Counted from the stretch's first letter, positions 16,097 to 25,109 are shown. The stretch: DNA of 32,000 bases from Nitrosarchaeum sp. (GCA_023265135.1 JAHFUM010000002.1:20300-52299); one strand, 5' to 3'. Made by a program: numbers and translations. The notes: a model not told the origin generated them from the letters alone.

Positions 16097-16278
16097 TTGA
16101 CATGGCTGGTTTTCTAGGAGATAAGCAAACTACGCTTGTCCATCATTTAGGCAACATGAAAAAAGAATGTAATATTGTTGAGATCAAATTAAAAGACAGA
16201 CAATACTTCACCCCCGATTCTTTAGAAAATGCAAAGTCCATGAATTTTTCTTCATGCACATGGTGTATTGGAAATTAG
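16093..16278 (+). CDS. 61-aa Cys/His protein, Ada-type metal-binding-domain-like pattern
   Basis: LVHHLGNMKKECNIVEIKLKDRQYFTPDSLENAKSMNFSSCTWC has the H..C ... F....A...... C..C layout. Translationally coupled to the upstream micro-ORF. Confidence 0.45.
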   Translation: MIDMAGFLGDKQTTLVHHLGNMKKECNIVEIKLKDRQYFTPDSLENAKSMNFSSCTWCIGN

Positions 16279-16301
16279 TTTAGTACTAAATTTCTAAAAT
16301 G

Positions 16302-16353
16302 ATATTTTGTTAAATGATATTAAAATAATATTTTGTTAAGTGATATTAAAATA
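16302..16353. repeat. Perfectly adjacent tandem duplication of a 26-bp unit (1 mismatch) upstream of the etf/fix operon
   Basis: ATATTTTGTTAAATGATATTAAAATA (16302-16327) and ATATTTTGTTAAGTGATATTAAAATA (16328-16353). About 70 nt upstream of the etfB ORF start; a TATA-like TTTTATAAAT follows at 16377-16386. Confidence 0.9.
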
Positions 16354-16425
16354 ATTTGCAGATTCTGTTTGAAACATTTTATAAATCCGGAGAATTTCTA
16401 TTGGAAATTTTTTTAAAAATGAATT

Positions 16426-17379
16426 GTGATGATAAAAGGCATATCATTGTTCATTAACACTTATAAACTGAATTTTAAAAAAAATCGCATAGCCGAACTT
16501 AACTTAGCAGTAGTAGTTAAATTAGAACCGGATTTGTCAGCAGGTAGCATAAGCTATAATCCAGATGGAACACTAAACAGAAGTAAAACAAAGAATACAT
16601 TAGGTCCACACAGTAAAATCGCTACACAGGCAGCATTTTATGCAAAGGTGAAATATGGTGCAAAAATTTGTGTTGGTAGCATGAGTGGACATGCAGCTAA
16701 CAATGCCTTACAGATAGCTATGGAAACTTGTGATGCTGATGTTCTTCACTTGTATAATGATCCAAGCTTTGCAGGTGCAGATACTATCGGTACTGCCGAG
16801 GTTCTAAGAAAGGGCGTTGAAAAAATGGAAGGAACAATGGAGAAAAAAATGGATATTGTGTTTTCAGGACATCGCGCGACAGACGGAGAAACAGGTCAAA
16901 CGGGTCCACAAATCGCATGGAAATTGGGACTAACATTTCTTGGCAATGTTATCAGTTATGATGTTGATTTAGAAAAACGAACTGTAACTGCAAAACGTTT
17001 GTTGATTTTGCGAGGAGTTCCAGAAATTATTCAAGAAATAGAGGCACCTCTTCCAGTTTTTATCGCAATTGATCCTTCATACAAATATCATTTCAATACA
17101 GTTTCTCTAAGATTATCTGCTGAAAAATATAAAAAAGAAGCGTATGAAAAAGCACAGAATTATCAGCAATATATTCATACATTTAATCGTGAAGAACTAG
17201 GTGCTGAAAAAACACTCATAGGATTAGTAGGATCACCAACCATTGTATACAATGTACAGCGTGTACCAAAAGGAAAAGCTATTAGAAATGCCAAAGTACT
17301 CGATGGCTCCAACCCTGAACATATTCGTCAAACAGTTACGGCAATAAAAGAAGCACTTTCCGCAATGGTGATAAAATGA
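16426..17379 (+). CDS. etfB: Electron transfer flavoprotein beta subunit (EtfB/FixA-like)
   Basis: LAVVVKLEPD... and the N-terminal adenine-nucleotide-hydrolase-like region are typical of EtfB, and the gene sits before etfA with a 4-nt overlap. The ORF has a ~25-aa extension before the usual M-K-I-x-V-x-V-K start and no canonical start codon occurs closer in. GTG at 16426, ATG at 16429. Confidence 0.8.
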   Translation: MMIKGISLFINTYKLNFKKNRIAELNLAVVVKLEPDLSAGSISYNPDGTLNRSKTKNTLGPHSKIATQAAFYAKVKYGAKICVGSMSGHAANNALQIAMETCDADVLHLYNDPSFAGADTIGTAEVLRKGVEKMEGTMEKKMDIVFSGHRATDGETGQTGPQIAWKLGLTFLGNVISYDVDLEKRTVTAKRLLILRGVPEIIQEIEAPLPVFIAIDPSYKYHFNTVSLRLSAEKYKKEAYEKAQNYQQYIHTFNREELGAEKTLIGLVGSPTIVYNVQRVPKGKAIRNAKVLDGSNPEHIRQTVTAIKEALSAMVIK

Positions 17380-18566
17380 CAGAAGGAGACTATCGTCATG
17401 TATATGTTGTAATAGAGCATATTGATGGAAAATTACTTCCTGTGAGCCTTGAAATGTTAGGAGAAGCAAGAAGGTTATTTGATGACTTTAATACAAGATA
17501 CTCTTCAAAAGAAAAAGTTGTTGCAGTACTTTTAGGTCATAACATTAAAGACTTATCCCAAACATTGATTGAACATGGTGCTGATTCAGTAGTAATAGTA
17601 GACCGTCCGGAACTAGATGCACTAATAAACAAAATTCACACCAAGGTAATTTGTCAAATTTGTTTGGATGTAGAAACTTCCGCAAAAATTGAACCTGCTT
17701 ATGCTTTGGAATTTAAAAGACCACGATACATGTTTTTTGCAGCAGATGGCATTGGGCGACATTTGTCCTCTACAGTTTTAGCCGAACTAGATTCCGGTTT
17801 AGCATCCGATGTTAACCAACTTGTGATTTCTGATTTAGACATAAGTCATCCAATTAAAACTGGTGGAAAACACATAATTTACAAAAAAACATTGGAAATG
17901 TATAGAGTCGATTTTTCAGGATTTTTATGGACCACAATTCTCTGTCTTGATAATATCAATGAAAATCTTTCAATGAGAGAATATTCCCCTCAATCTTGTA
18001 ACATTATTCCGGGTGCCTTTATACCTAAAGAAAGAGATCCGCAAAGAAAAGGAAAGGTAATCGAGTTTCAACCTAAAATAGATGAGAATGATTTGAAAAT
18101 CAAAGTTTTGAGTCAAAAGTTTGTAGAAAACGAAATTGATTTTGATAACTACAAAACAGTTGTTAGTTTTGGGCGTGGAATTCAAGATGCACCAGAAAAA
18201 AACATCAAACTTATTGAGGAATTTGCCAAGCAACTTAATGCCCAAGTCGGCATATCTTTGCCTATTGCAAAAAATGTTTTTACAGCAAGTCCTGCCGTTA
18301 CTTCAAATTATATGATTCCCTCTCGAGTTATTGGAACTAGTGGTAGAAAAATCAGCCCTATGCTTTACATAGCATTTGGAATAAGCGGGGCAATGCAGCA
18401 TGTATCTGGAATGGAAGATTCACAGTTTGTTATTTCAGTTAATGCAGATGAAAATTCTCCTGTGAAGGATGTCTCTGATATTTTTCTTAAAGGTAGAATG
18501 GAGGATGTAATCCCTCTATTGATGGAGGAACTCAAAAATCAGCAAATTACTTTACAGGTAAAATAG
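17376..18566 (+). CDS. etfA: Electron transfer flavoprotein alpha subunit (EtfA/FixB-like)
   Basis: The C-terminal FAD-binding signature VIGTSGRKISPMLYIAFGISGAMQHVSGMEDSQFVISVNADENSPV matches the ETF-alpha consensus (QVGQTGK...LYIA.GISGAIQH..GM). Confidence 0.9.
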   Translation: MTEGDYRHVYVVIEHIDGKLLPVSLEMLGEARRLFDDFNTRYSSKEKVVAVLLGHNIKDLSQTLIEHGADSVVIVDRPELDALINKIHTKVICQICLDVETSAKIEPAYALEFKRPRYMFFAADGIGRHLSSTVLAELDSGLASDVNQLVISDLDISHPIKTGGKHIIYKKTLEMYRVDFSGFLWTTILCLDNINENLSMREYSPQSCNIIPGAFIPKERDPQRKGKVIEFQPKIDENDLKIKVLSQKFVENEIDFDNYKTVVSFGRGIQDAPEKNIKLIEEFAKQLNAQVGISLPIAKNVFTASPAVTSNYMIPSRVIGTSGRKISPMLYIAFGISGAMQHVSGMEDSQFVISVNADENSPVKDVSDIFLKGRMEDVIPLLMEELKNQQITLQVK

Positions 18567-18567
18567 A

Positions 18568-20409
18568 ATGGAAAAATACGATGTAGCAATTATTGGTGGG
18601 GGTTCTTCTGGTTTAGCTGCACTAAAACAATTATCTGCTCTTGGAAAACAGGCAATTCTATTAGAGGCAGGAAGCATAATAGGCTCAAAAAGTATATCCG
18701 GTGGAATTCTTTATTCAAAAAAATTAAAGAAAGGCAAAGTAACTAATGTTGAAGATCTATACGAAAATTTCTTAGATGATGCACCTTTTGAAAGAAAAAT
18801 TACCAAGTATATTCTTCATTCTACATCTAAAGATAAAATTTTTTCAATGGATCTTACTGCTGCACACGATTACCAGGCAAATTTTGGTTGTTCAGTACTA
18901 ATGAACAAACTTAATTCTTGGTTTGCAAAACAAGCCACTGAAACCTCACAGAAATTTGGCGGAGGAATAATTCCAGGTGTACATGTTAAATCAATTACCT
19001 GGAATGACAAAGGCAGAGCAATAATACATACGGATGAGATTGACGCCTTTGAAGTCAAAGCAATCATTGCAGCTGATGGAGTCAATTCAGAAGTTGCAGA
19101 GATGGTGGGAGCCAGATCAAAATTTACCTCTGAACAATTGTATCAAGGAGTTAAAGTATTAATCAAATTACCTGAAAAAATAATCAATGAGAGATTTGGC
19201 ATAACTTCTAGTGAAGGTGCTGCACATCTTTTTGCTGGAGATATAACATTAAATCATATTGGAGGAGGATTTCTATATACTAACCACGACACATTATCTA
19301 TAGGCGCTGTTTATCATTTTGATTCTCTATTAAAAAATCCCGTTGAACCATACACGTTGATTGATACTTTACTAAGAAATCCTATGGTAAGTGAATTAAT
19401 TAAAGATACAGTTCCAATCACAAAGATTCTTGATAAAACTTTATCACAAGAAGAACAACTTAAAACACGTTTTGATATTGCAAAATTAATTAAAGATTGG
19501 AATGATATCCGAGGAAAATATTTGACTTCTGCATGCGAAGATCCTGATAGTGTAAAAGCAAAATTGGACTCAATCGAGGAACAAATGACACAAAAATTCG
19601 GTATAACTTTTGGAATTAATCACGTTGAATCTGAATATGGAGCAAAATTAATTCCAGATGGTAAACGTTGTAGAATGGAAAAGCCATTTTTCAAGAATAT
19701 TTTATTTGTTGGAGATGCCGCAGGAAGGGGAATTTTTATTGGTCCTAGAATTGAGGGATTAAATGTAGGAATAGATGACGGAGCACGTGCTGCTATTGCA
19801 GTAGCACGAGCTCTTGATAAAGATGATTTTTCTGAAAGTTATCTTGGAGAATACTATTCCCAATTAATTGATGAAAGTCCGTACACAACTGATATGAAAC
19901 AAATCGACAAAGATTATCTGAAAATATTTCTTGACGCAGCAAAAGATGTTCCATCAGATATTATCGGTTCCGGTTACGGCCCAATTTTAAAATTGATGTC
20001 TAGTAATACCTTTAGAGGACTAGTGATAAAGTTTGCAAATATTCTTGGCTATGACAAACTTTTACCGCTAATTGAAACAGAAAACACATACGTTAAAGTT
20101 CCAATACAACTAGCAGAAAGACTAGGAAAAATTACATCTACATCATATCATCCAAAAGATACCTCTATCGGTGAACGTATTTCTAAATTAAGTTATAATG
20201 ATGATCATCTTTCTCACATTAAACTATTAGATACAAATAATGAATTTATGAAAAAAATTGTAGTTTTATGTCCTGCAAAATGTTATGCAGAAGAAGGTGA
20301 AAAAATAATTCTACAGCATGAAGGATGTCTGGACTGCGGTACCTGTTCACAGAAAACCGAATGGCGACATCCACGTGGTGAAAAAGGCATTCATTACAAA
20401 TATGGTTAA
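18568..20409 (+). CDS. FixC-like FAD-dependent ETF-quinone oxidoreductase fused to a FixX-like ferredoxin domain
   Basis: The N-terminus YDVAIIGGGSSGLAAL is a dinucleotide-binding fold, followed by AADGVNS and VGDAAG. The C-terminal ~55 aa CPAKCYAEEGEKIILQHEGCLDCGTCSQKTEWRHPRGEKGIHYKYG matches the FixX pattern (CPA.CY ... C.ECGTC ... W.yP.GG.G..Y..G). Confidence 0.85.
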   Translation: MEKYDVAIIGGGSSGLAALKQLSALGKQAILLEAGSIIGSKSISGGILYSKKLKKGKVTNVEDLYENFLDDAPFERKITKYILHSTSKDKIFSMDLTAAHDYQANFGCSVLMNKLNSWFAKQATETSQKFGGGIIPGVHVKSITWNDKGRAIIHTDEIDAFEVKAIIAADGVNSEVAEMVGARSKFTSEQLYQGVKVLIKLPEKIINERFGITSSEGAAHLFAGDITLNHIGGGFLYTNHDTLSIGAVYHFDSLLKNPVEPYTLIDTLLRNPMVSELIKDTVPITKILDKTLSQEEQLKTRFDIAKLIKDWNDIRGKYLTSACEDPDSVKAKLDSIEEQMTQKFGITFGINHVESEYGAKLIPDGKRCRMEKPFFKNILFVGDAAGRGIFIGPRIEGLNVGIDDGARAAIAVARALDKDDFSESYLGEYYSQLIDESPYTTDMKQIDKDYLKIFLDAAKDVPSDIIGSGYGPILKLMSSNTFRGLVIKFANILGYDKLLPLIETENTYVKVPIQLAERLGKITSTSYHPKDTSIGERISKLSYNDDHLSHIKLLDTNNEFMKKIVVLCPAKCYAEEGEKIILQHEGCLDCGTCSQKTEWRHPRGEKGIHYKYG

Positions 20410-20435
20410 TTTAGATTAATACTAAAAAATCAAGT

Positions 20436-20810
20436 TTAACTTAATTTTGGATTTTTGCGTATCAAGTTTTCAACTTGTTCAATCACTGTTTTATACTCTG
20501 TATCAGGCTCTATGCTAATTCGTAAATATTTTCCATCATTAAGCGAGAACGTCAAAAGTGTAGCCTTTTCATATTTTACCATAGCATACTTTGAATCGCC
20601 CAACTGTTTATGAAACATTTTGTAAGTTTCCCATCGTCGTATATCATAGCGGACTGAATTTTGCATTTCATCCATACTTAAATGAGGTATGGTGCCAGGC
20701 TGATAACCATCAACAATTTTTTCAAACTTGTCATCATACATGCCTGCGAATCTAATTGAACGATCATCCACCTTCAAAACCTCCATCAAAAATTCACAAT
20801 GTTCCACCAT
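20436..20810 (-). CDS. Hypothetical protein (124 aa)
   Basis: ATG-initiated ORF with normal composition. There is a faint Roadblock/LC7-like N-terminal pattern that I cannot substantiate. Confidence 0.5.
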   Translation of the reverse strand: MVEHCEFLMEVLKVDDRSIRFAGMYDDKFEKIVDGYQPGTIPHLSMDEMQNSVRYDIRRWETYKMFHKQLGDSKYAMVKYEKATLLTFSLNDGKYLRISIEPDTEYKTVIEQVENLIRKNPKLS

Positions 20811-20930
20811 TTTTCATAATTGGTATTATATTTTAATTATTTGCTAATTCGCACTTTTGCAAATCATGATCTTATAAAGTATGACTCTACTCTTTATGAG
20901 GCATTAAATGATATAAAGATCAAAATAAAG

Positions 20931-21827
20931 TTAAAAATCGATTTTCCCCATCTTTCCACTATTATAATCAGTAATTGCCTGTTGTAATTCCTCTTCAGTA
21001 TTCATGACAAATGGTCCATATCGCTTGACTGGTTCATTGAGGGGAATACCTGCAAACAAGATCACATCAACTGGTGAAGTGGTATCTTTGTTAGAGGCTA
21101 TACTTATTTCATCGCCATCTCTTTCAAAAAACACTGCTTGTTCTTTACTGACAATTTTTTGTTCAGATCCAAACAGAGCTTCTCCTTTTGCAACATATGC
21201 AAATGCGTTGTAATTTTGTGGAACAATTTGGATTACCTTGCCATTTGGTTGTATTGTAAAATGAAGATAGATGATTGGTGTTTTTGTGTCAATTACTGCA
21301 TGTTTTCCCATTGATTCACCAGCAATCACTTTGACCTGAACTTTACCGTCATCGCTTTTTGCAATTGGGATATTTTTTGATGTCACATCTTGATAACGAG
21401 GTTGTATCATCTTGTCTTTTTTTGGTAAATTTACCCATAACTGAAATCCATGTAATCTCCCTCCCTTTTTGGCAAATTCTTTTTCAGGCATTTCTGAATG
21501 CACTACGCCGGAACCTGCAGTCATCCATTGAACATCACCTGAAAATAATTTTCCCGAATTACCTTGAGAATCTTTGTGTTCAAATGCACCATCTATCACA
21601 TATGTAACAGTTTCAAAGCCTCTATGTGGATGATCTGACGCCCCTTTTGCTTCACCTGCAGATAAATCAATAGGCCCCATCTCATCTAATAACAAAAAAG
21701 GATCAAAATCTCTAACACTATAATTTGGAAATGGTCTGTGTACAATGAATCCATCTCCTTCAGTAGTAGTTTTAGCAGTAACTATTTGAGATATTGTTCT
21801 TTCTTTTCTTATTTTGTCTTGTGACAT
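20931..21827 (-). CDS. Pirin-family bicupin protein
   Basis: HPHRGFETVTYVIDGAFEHKDSQGNSG...GDVQWMTAGSGVVHSEMP is the canonical pirin N-terminal cupin metal-site motif. Confidence 0.9.
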   Translation of the reverse strand: MSQDKIRKERTISQIVTAKTTTEGDGFIVHRPFPNYSVRDFDPFLLLDEMGPIDLSAGEAKGASDHPHRGFETVTYVIDGAFEHKDSQGNSGKLFSGDVQWMTAGSGVVHSEMPEKEFAKKGGRLHGFQLWVNLPKKDKMIQPRYQDVTSKNIPIAKSDDGKVQVKVIAGESMGKHAVIDTKTPIIYLHFTIQPNGKVIQIVPQNYNAFAYVAKGEALFGSEQKIVSKEQAVFFERDGDEISIASNKDTTSPVDVILFAGIPLNEPVKRYGPFVMNTEEELQQAITDYNSGKMGKIDF

Positions 21828-21855
21828 TGTATATTTCCTACTTTGATTCTTGCTA

Positions 21856-22254
21856 CTAACTTGGAGGCTTTTGATGAAAAACTTTTACAGGACGTATTTT
21901 TATTATTATTCTCTTTTCAGTTGGACTTCTAAATGGATATTTGTCTAATCCAAGATATCTTTTTGCCAATTTGTCAATGTGCATATCCGCATTTTCCTCA
22001 GTAATTTCATCTACAATTCCTCTAATTGTAACCATTTCATATGGGTTAGATTCGTTTGGGATTGACAATGCAATTCGTTTGTCATGTCTCACATTTTTTT
22101 CCTTTATTCTATCAGCAGCAGTATTAATCAACACATAGTGTCCATCATAGTCAATCCAAGTAGGAGCAACATGTGGTGACCCATCATTCATCAGGGTTGC
22201 AAAAGATGCAAAATTCTTCCCTAAGAGAAGCTTTTCGATTTCTGGTGTAATCAT
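21856..22254 (-). CDS. Pyridoxamine 5'-phosphate oxidase (PPOX) family flavin/F420-binding protein
   Basis: FASFATLMNDGSPHVAPTWIDYDGHYVLINTAADRIKEKNVRHDKRIALSI ... VTIRG is a split-barrel PPOX-class pattern. Confidence 0.75.
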   Translation of the reverse strand: MITPEIEKLLLGKNFASFATLMNDGSPHVAPTWIDYDGHYVLINTAADRIKEKNVRHDKRIALSIPNESNPYEMVTIRGIVDEITEENADMHIDKLAKRYLGLDKYPFRSPTEKRIIIKIRPVKVFHQKPPS

Positions 22255-22328
22255 TGAACTAATTTGGATATTCTCATTATTATTGATTTTATTCCTGTTT
22301 TATTCATCATGGGGATCTGAATCATGTG

Positions 22329-22443
22329 TGCCGGGGATGGGTTTCGAACCCACGACCTCCAGATTATGAGTATTGCCTTTTTTGGAAGAACCGGTAGAGT
22401 TTACCAATTAACTGGCACTCTAACCAGGCTGAGCTACCCCGGC
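22329..22443 (-). tRNA. tRNA with CAT anticodon (elongator Met, or Ile2 if C34 is modified) containing a ~40-nt intron at a non-canonical position (after nt 30)
   Basis: Hand-folded on the minus strand: acceptor GCCGGGG/CCCCGGC, D arm GCTC...GAGT, anticodon stem CCAG[intron]A / TCTGG, loop CTCATAA, T arm GTGGG-TTCGAAA-CCCAT, discriminator A. No encoded CCA. Mature length is 75 nt. Not initiator-like (G1-C72, anticodon stem lacks GGG/CCC). Confidence 0.9.
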
Positions 22444-22520
22444 ATATTGTATGGCAGATAGTTTGAGAAATTAAATGCTACGTATGTCTATTTAGACGAT
22501 TATCATTTTTAAGTGAATTC

Positions 22521-24188
22521 TTACTGTTTTGCTAATTCTGTCCAACTAACTTTTTCATTTTGTACCCAAAGGAATTTTTTCTGCAGTGCTGCAGTGTATA
22601 GTTTCTCCCATTCTACACCAACTTCATCAGTCCATGCTTTGAAAACACGAGGATCTATGTAATTTCGTAATGATGTTCCAAGGTTGTAATCTTTAGTTTT
22701 CTCAGACAAATCAATTTGTAACTGTAATTTCTCTGTTCTTTCTTTGTGTTTTTCCTTTTGTTTTTTGATCTGTTCGTTTAACACCTTTATTTTTTTTGCT
22801 TTGATATTTTTTTGTGCATCTGTTTTTTCTTCTAATCCATCTGCTTTTTTTAATAAATCTAAAGTTTTTTTCCACGGCTGTTCTTTATTGATATTTTTTA
22901 GAACATCTCTTTTCTTTTCAAGTGTCTCTTCGAATGTTTTTGGGATGGTTCTTTTATGATTGCACATTATTGCTGCCTCCAAATTTGCCAATTTTGCATG
23001 ATACAATTTCTCATTAGGTGTTTTTCCTTTCATACTGTCATGTTCTTTTAGATAATTTTTTACTACCGTAGTTGCAAGATATGTTCTGAATACTTTGGCA
23101 GTCAATCCGTTTACTATGCTGGAGTAATACGCATTTACGTGCCTTGAAGTAATGTCTTCAAAAATCTCGTCTTTTGGTTTTTTGTTTTGGATTAGTCTCT
23201 TGAGATTTTCTTGGAATTGCTTGTCGTTGCCTTCTGCCTTGACTGTTTCTTGCCATCTTACACTATCTTTTCCCAAGAAATCAAATTCTATCGCATCTTC
23301 TGTGATTTTGATGTGTTCTTTTCTCAATGTGGTTGCACCAACAGTATCTGCCTCATCAGGATCTTTTTCATCCCCCACTCTCATTGCAGTTCTATAAATC
23401 AAATAACATGCAGTGGAAATCCTGCTAATTTTTGGATCCTTGTTTTTCATATCTTTTACTATTCTATCTTTAATTTTCTCAATTTCTTTTGATAGCTTGA
23501 CTGCTTTTTCGTATTTTGCTTTGTCTCTGTCTTGTTTTATTCCTGCAGTATCTGCAAGCCAAACGTACTTTCTTTTCCCAGTAAGATAATCTGTCCAGCC
23601 CGCAAGCCACATGGAATCACTTTCATGGACAATTTTACCCCAGTTCCCCTCCGGGACTTTGGCCTCTTTTCCCAGATTTAATGTAACATCTTTTTCCGTG
23701 ACACGAGGTTTCCATCTTCCTCTAAGCGGATGATCTCCTCTTCCGATAAAAATTCCTGGAGGCTCTGCCATGTAATTTGCAACATCGACTTCTTTTCCAT
23801 CCATGATGGCTTTGCCGTATTTCTGAACTAGTTTTTCTCGTAATTCCTTTCTCTTAACTGCCAATGCTTTTCTTTCTTCCTTTGTCATCATCTCTCTGAG
23901 ATCTTTTTCTTTGTCAACTATTTTGTAAGCATACGAAAAATCAATATCCTGATATGATATATTTTTAAATTTTGATGGCAATGTTTTGGCAAAATCTTCT
24001 GTAAAATTTTTCTGAAAAACTTTGTCTTGGGAATATGAGGTATCTTTCTTTTTTGCCCATTGGTATGTCATCTCCTCTTGATTCAGATCAAGGTCTACGT
24101 TATCTCCTTTGATCTTTATCTTGATTCCATGCGCTTCGTAATCAGGCGGAAACAAGATTCCATTATGTTGCAGTGTTTTCCATTTCAT
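22521..24188 (-). CDS. Eukaryote-type DNA topoisomerase IB
   Basis: The N-terminus MKWKTLQHNGILFPPDYEAHG and the C-terminal catalytic-tyrosine motif LGTSLRNYIDPRVFKAW (compare human LGTSKLNYLDPRITVAW). Confidence 0.95.
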   Translation of the reverse strand: MKWKTLQHNGILFPPDYEAHGIKIKIKGDNVDLDLNQEEMTYQWAKKKDTSYSQDKVFQKNFTEDFAKTLPSKFKNISYQDIDFSYAYKIVDKEKDLREMMTKEERKALAVKRKELREKLVQKYGKAIMDGKEVDVANYMAEPPGIFIGRGDHPLRGRWKPRVTEKDVTLNLGKEAKVPEGNWGKIVHESDSMWLAGWTDYLTGKRKYVWLADTAGIKQDRDKAKYEKAVKLSKEIEKIKDRIVKDMKNKDPKISRISTACYLIYRTAMRVGDEKDPDEADTVGATTLRKEHIKITEDAIEFDFLGKDSVRWQETVKAEGNDKQFQENLKRLIQNKKPKDEIFEDITSRHVNAYYSSIVNGLTAKVFRTYLATTVVKNYLKEHDSMKGKTPNEKLYHAKLANLEAAIMCNHKRTIPKTFEETLEKKRDVLKNINKEQPWKKTLDLLKKADGLEEKTDAQKNIKAKKIKVLNEQIKKQKEKHKERTEKLQLQIDLSEKTKDYNLGTSLRNYIDPRVFKAWTDEVGVEWEKLYTAALQKKFLWVQNEKVSWTELAKQ

Positions 24189-24263
24189 TTTTCATCATCT
24201 AAAATTGCGGACTTTGACAAAAACTCTGTTCTATGTGTATATCAATTTAACGTAGTTCTATTT

Positions 24264-25109
24264 TTAACTTGAAAATAGTTCTTTTTTAAGATAATTTTCA
24301 AACTCTACATCTGTTTTTGCCTTTTTTGCTTCTAAAAACATCTGTGCATCATTTCCTACGATGTATCTAGGTCTGGGATTTTCTTCTTTAATTGCATTCA
24401 AAATTGTAGCGGCTACTTCTGATGGATGAGTTCCCAACTCTGCCATCATTTTTACCCCCATGATCACCTTTTCGGTAATTTCTTTGTATGGCGAATTTGG
24501 TTTTGGTTCTGCAATCTTCATAGATGAGAAAAAGTTTGTCTTGATAACTCCTGGCTCTATGATTATGATTTTTACTCCAAGATGCCCTAATTCGTATCTT
24601 AATGACTCAGATAATCCCTCCAGTGCAAATTTTGAGCTAATGTATGCAGGTGATCCTGGAAAACCAATTCTTCCGGCAACTGAGCTGATGTTTACAATTA
24701 CCCCTGAACCTTGTTTTCTCATAATTGGTGCAACTTTTTGAATAATGCTGATTATCCCAAAGAAATTTGTTTCAAACTGTGCTCTGAAATCTTTTAACGA
24801 CACATCTTCAACACTGCCAAACAAACCCCAACCAGCATTATTTACTAAAACATCAATGCGTTGTTTTTTTGAAATAATTTTTTCAATAGCGGCACTAATT
24901 GACTTTTCATCATCTACATCTAGTTCGATAATCTCTATGCTTAGTTTTTCTTTTTTTGCAACTTGCAATATCTTCTCTGCCTTTTTTGTGTTTCTAACTG
25001 TGGCAAATGTATAAAATCCATCTCTTGCAAGTGCCAATGCAGTTTCATATCCTATTCCTGATGAAGTTCCTGTTACGATGGCAATTTTTTCCATATACTT
25101 TATAGACAT
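24264..25109 (-). CDS. Short-chain dehydrogenase/reductase (classical SDR)
   Basis: TGTSSGIG cofactor motif, NNAG, and the catalytic S...YISSK. Confidence 0.9.
   Translation of the reverse strand: MSIKYMEKIAIVTGTSSGIGYETALALARDGFYTFATVRNTKKAEKILQVAKKEKLSIEIIELDVDDEKSISAAIEKIISKKQRIDVLVNNAGWGLFGSVEDVSLKDFRAQFETNFFGIISIIQKVAPIMRKQGSGVIVNISSVAGRIGFPGSPAYISSKFALEGLSESLRYELGHLGVKIIIIEPGVIKTNFFSSMKIAEPKPNSPYKEITEKVIMGVKMMAELGTHPSEVAATILNAIKEENPRPRYIVGNDAQMFLEAKKAKTDVEFENYLKKELFSS

Noticed and set aside
15915-16103. 62-aa minus-strand ORF across the micro-ORF cluster
   Set aside because: Its translation is low-complexity (SSFFFS and similar). The plus-strand ORFs show coupling geometry and Cys/His spacing, though this choice remains uncertain.
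16302-16353. Possible CRISPR-like repeat
   Set aside because: There are only two units, directly adjacent with no spacer. They are extremely AT-rich and no cas genes are present, so this is a simple tandem duplication.
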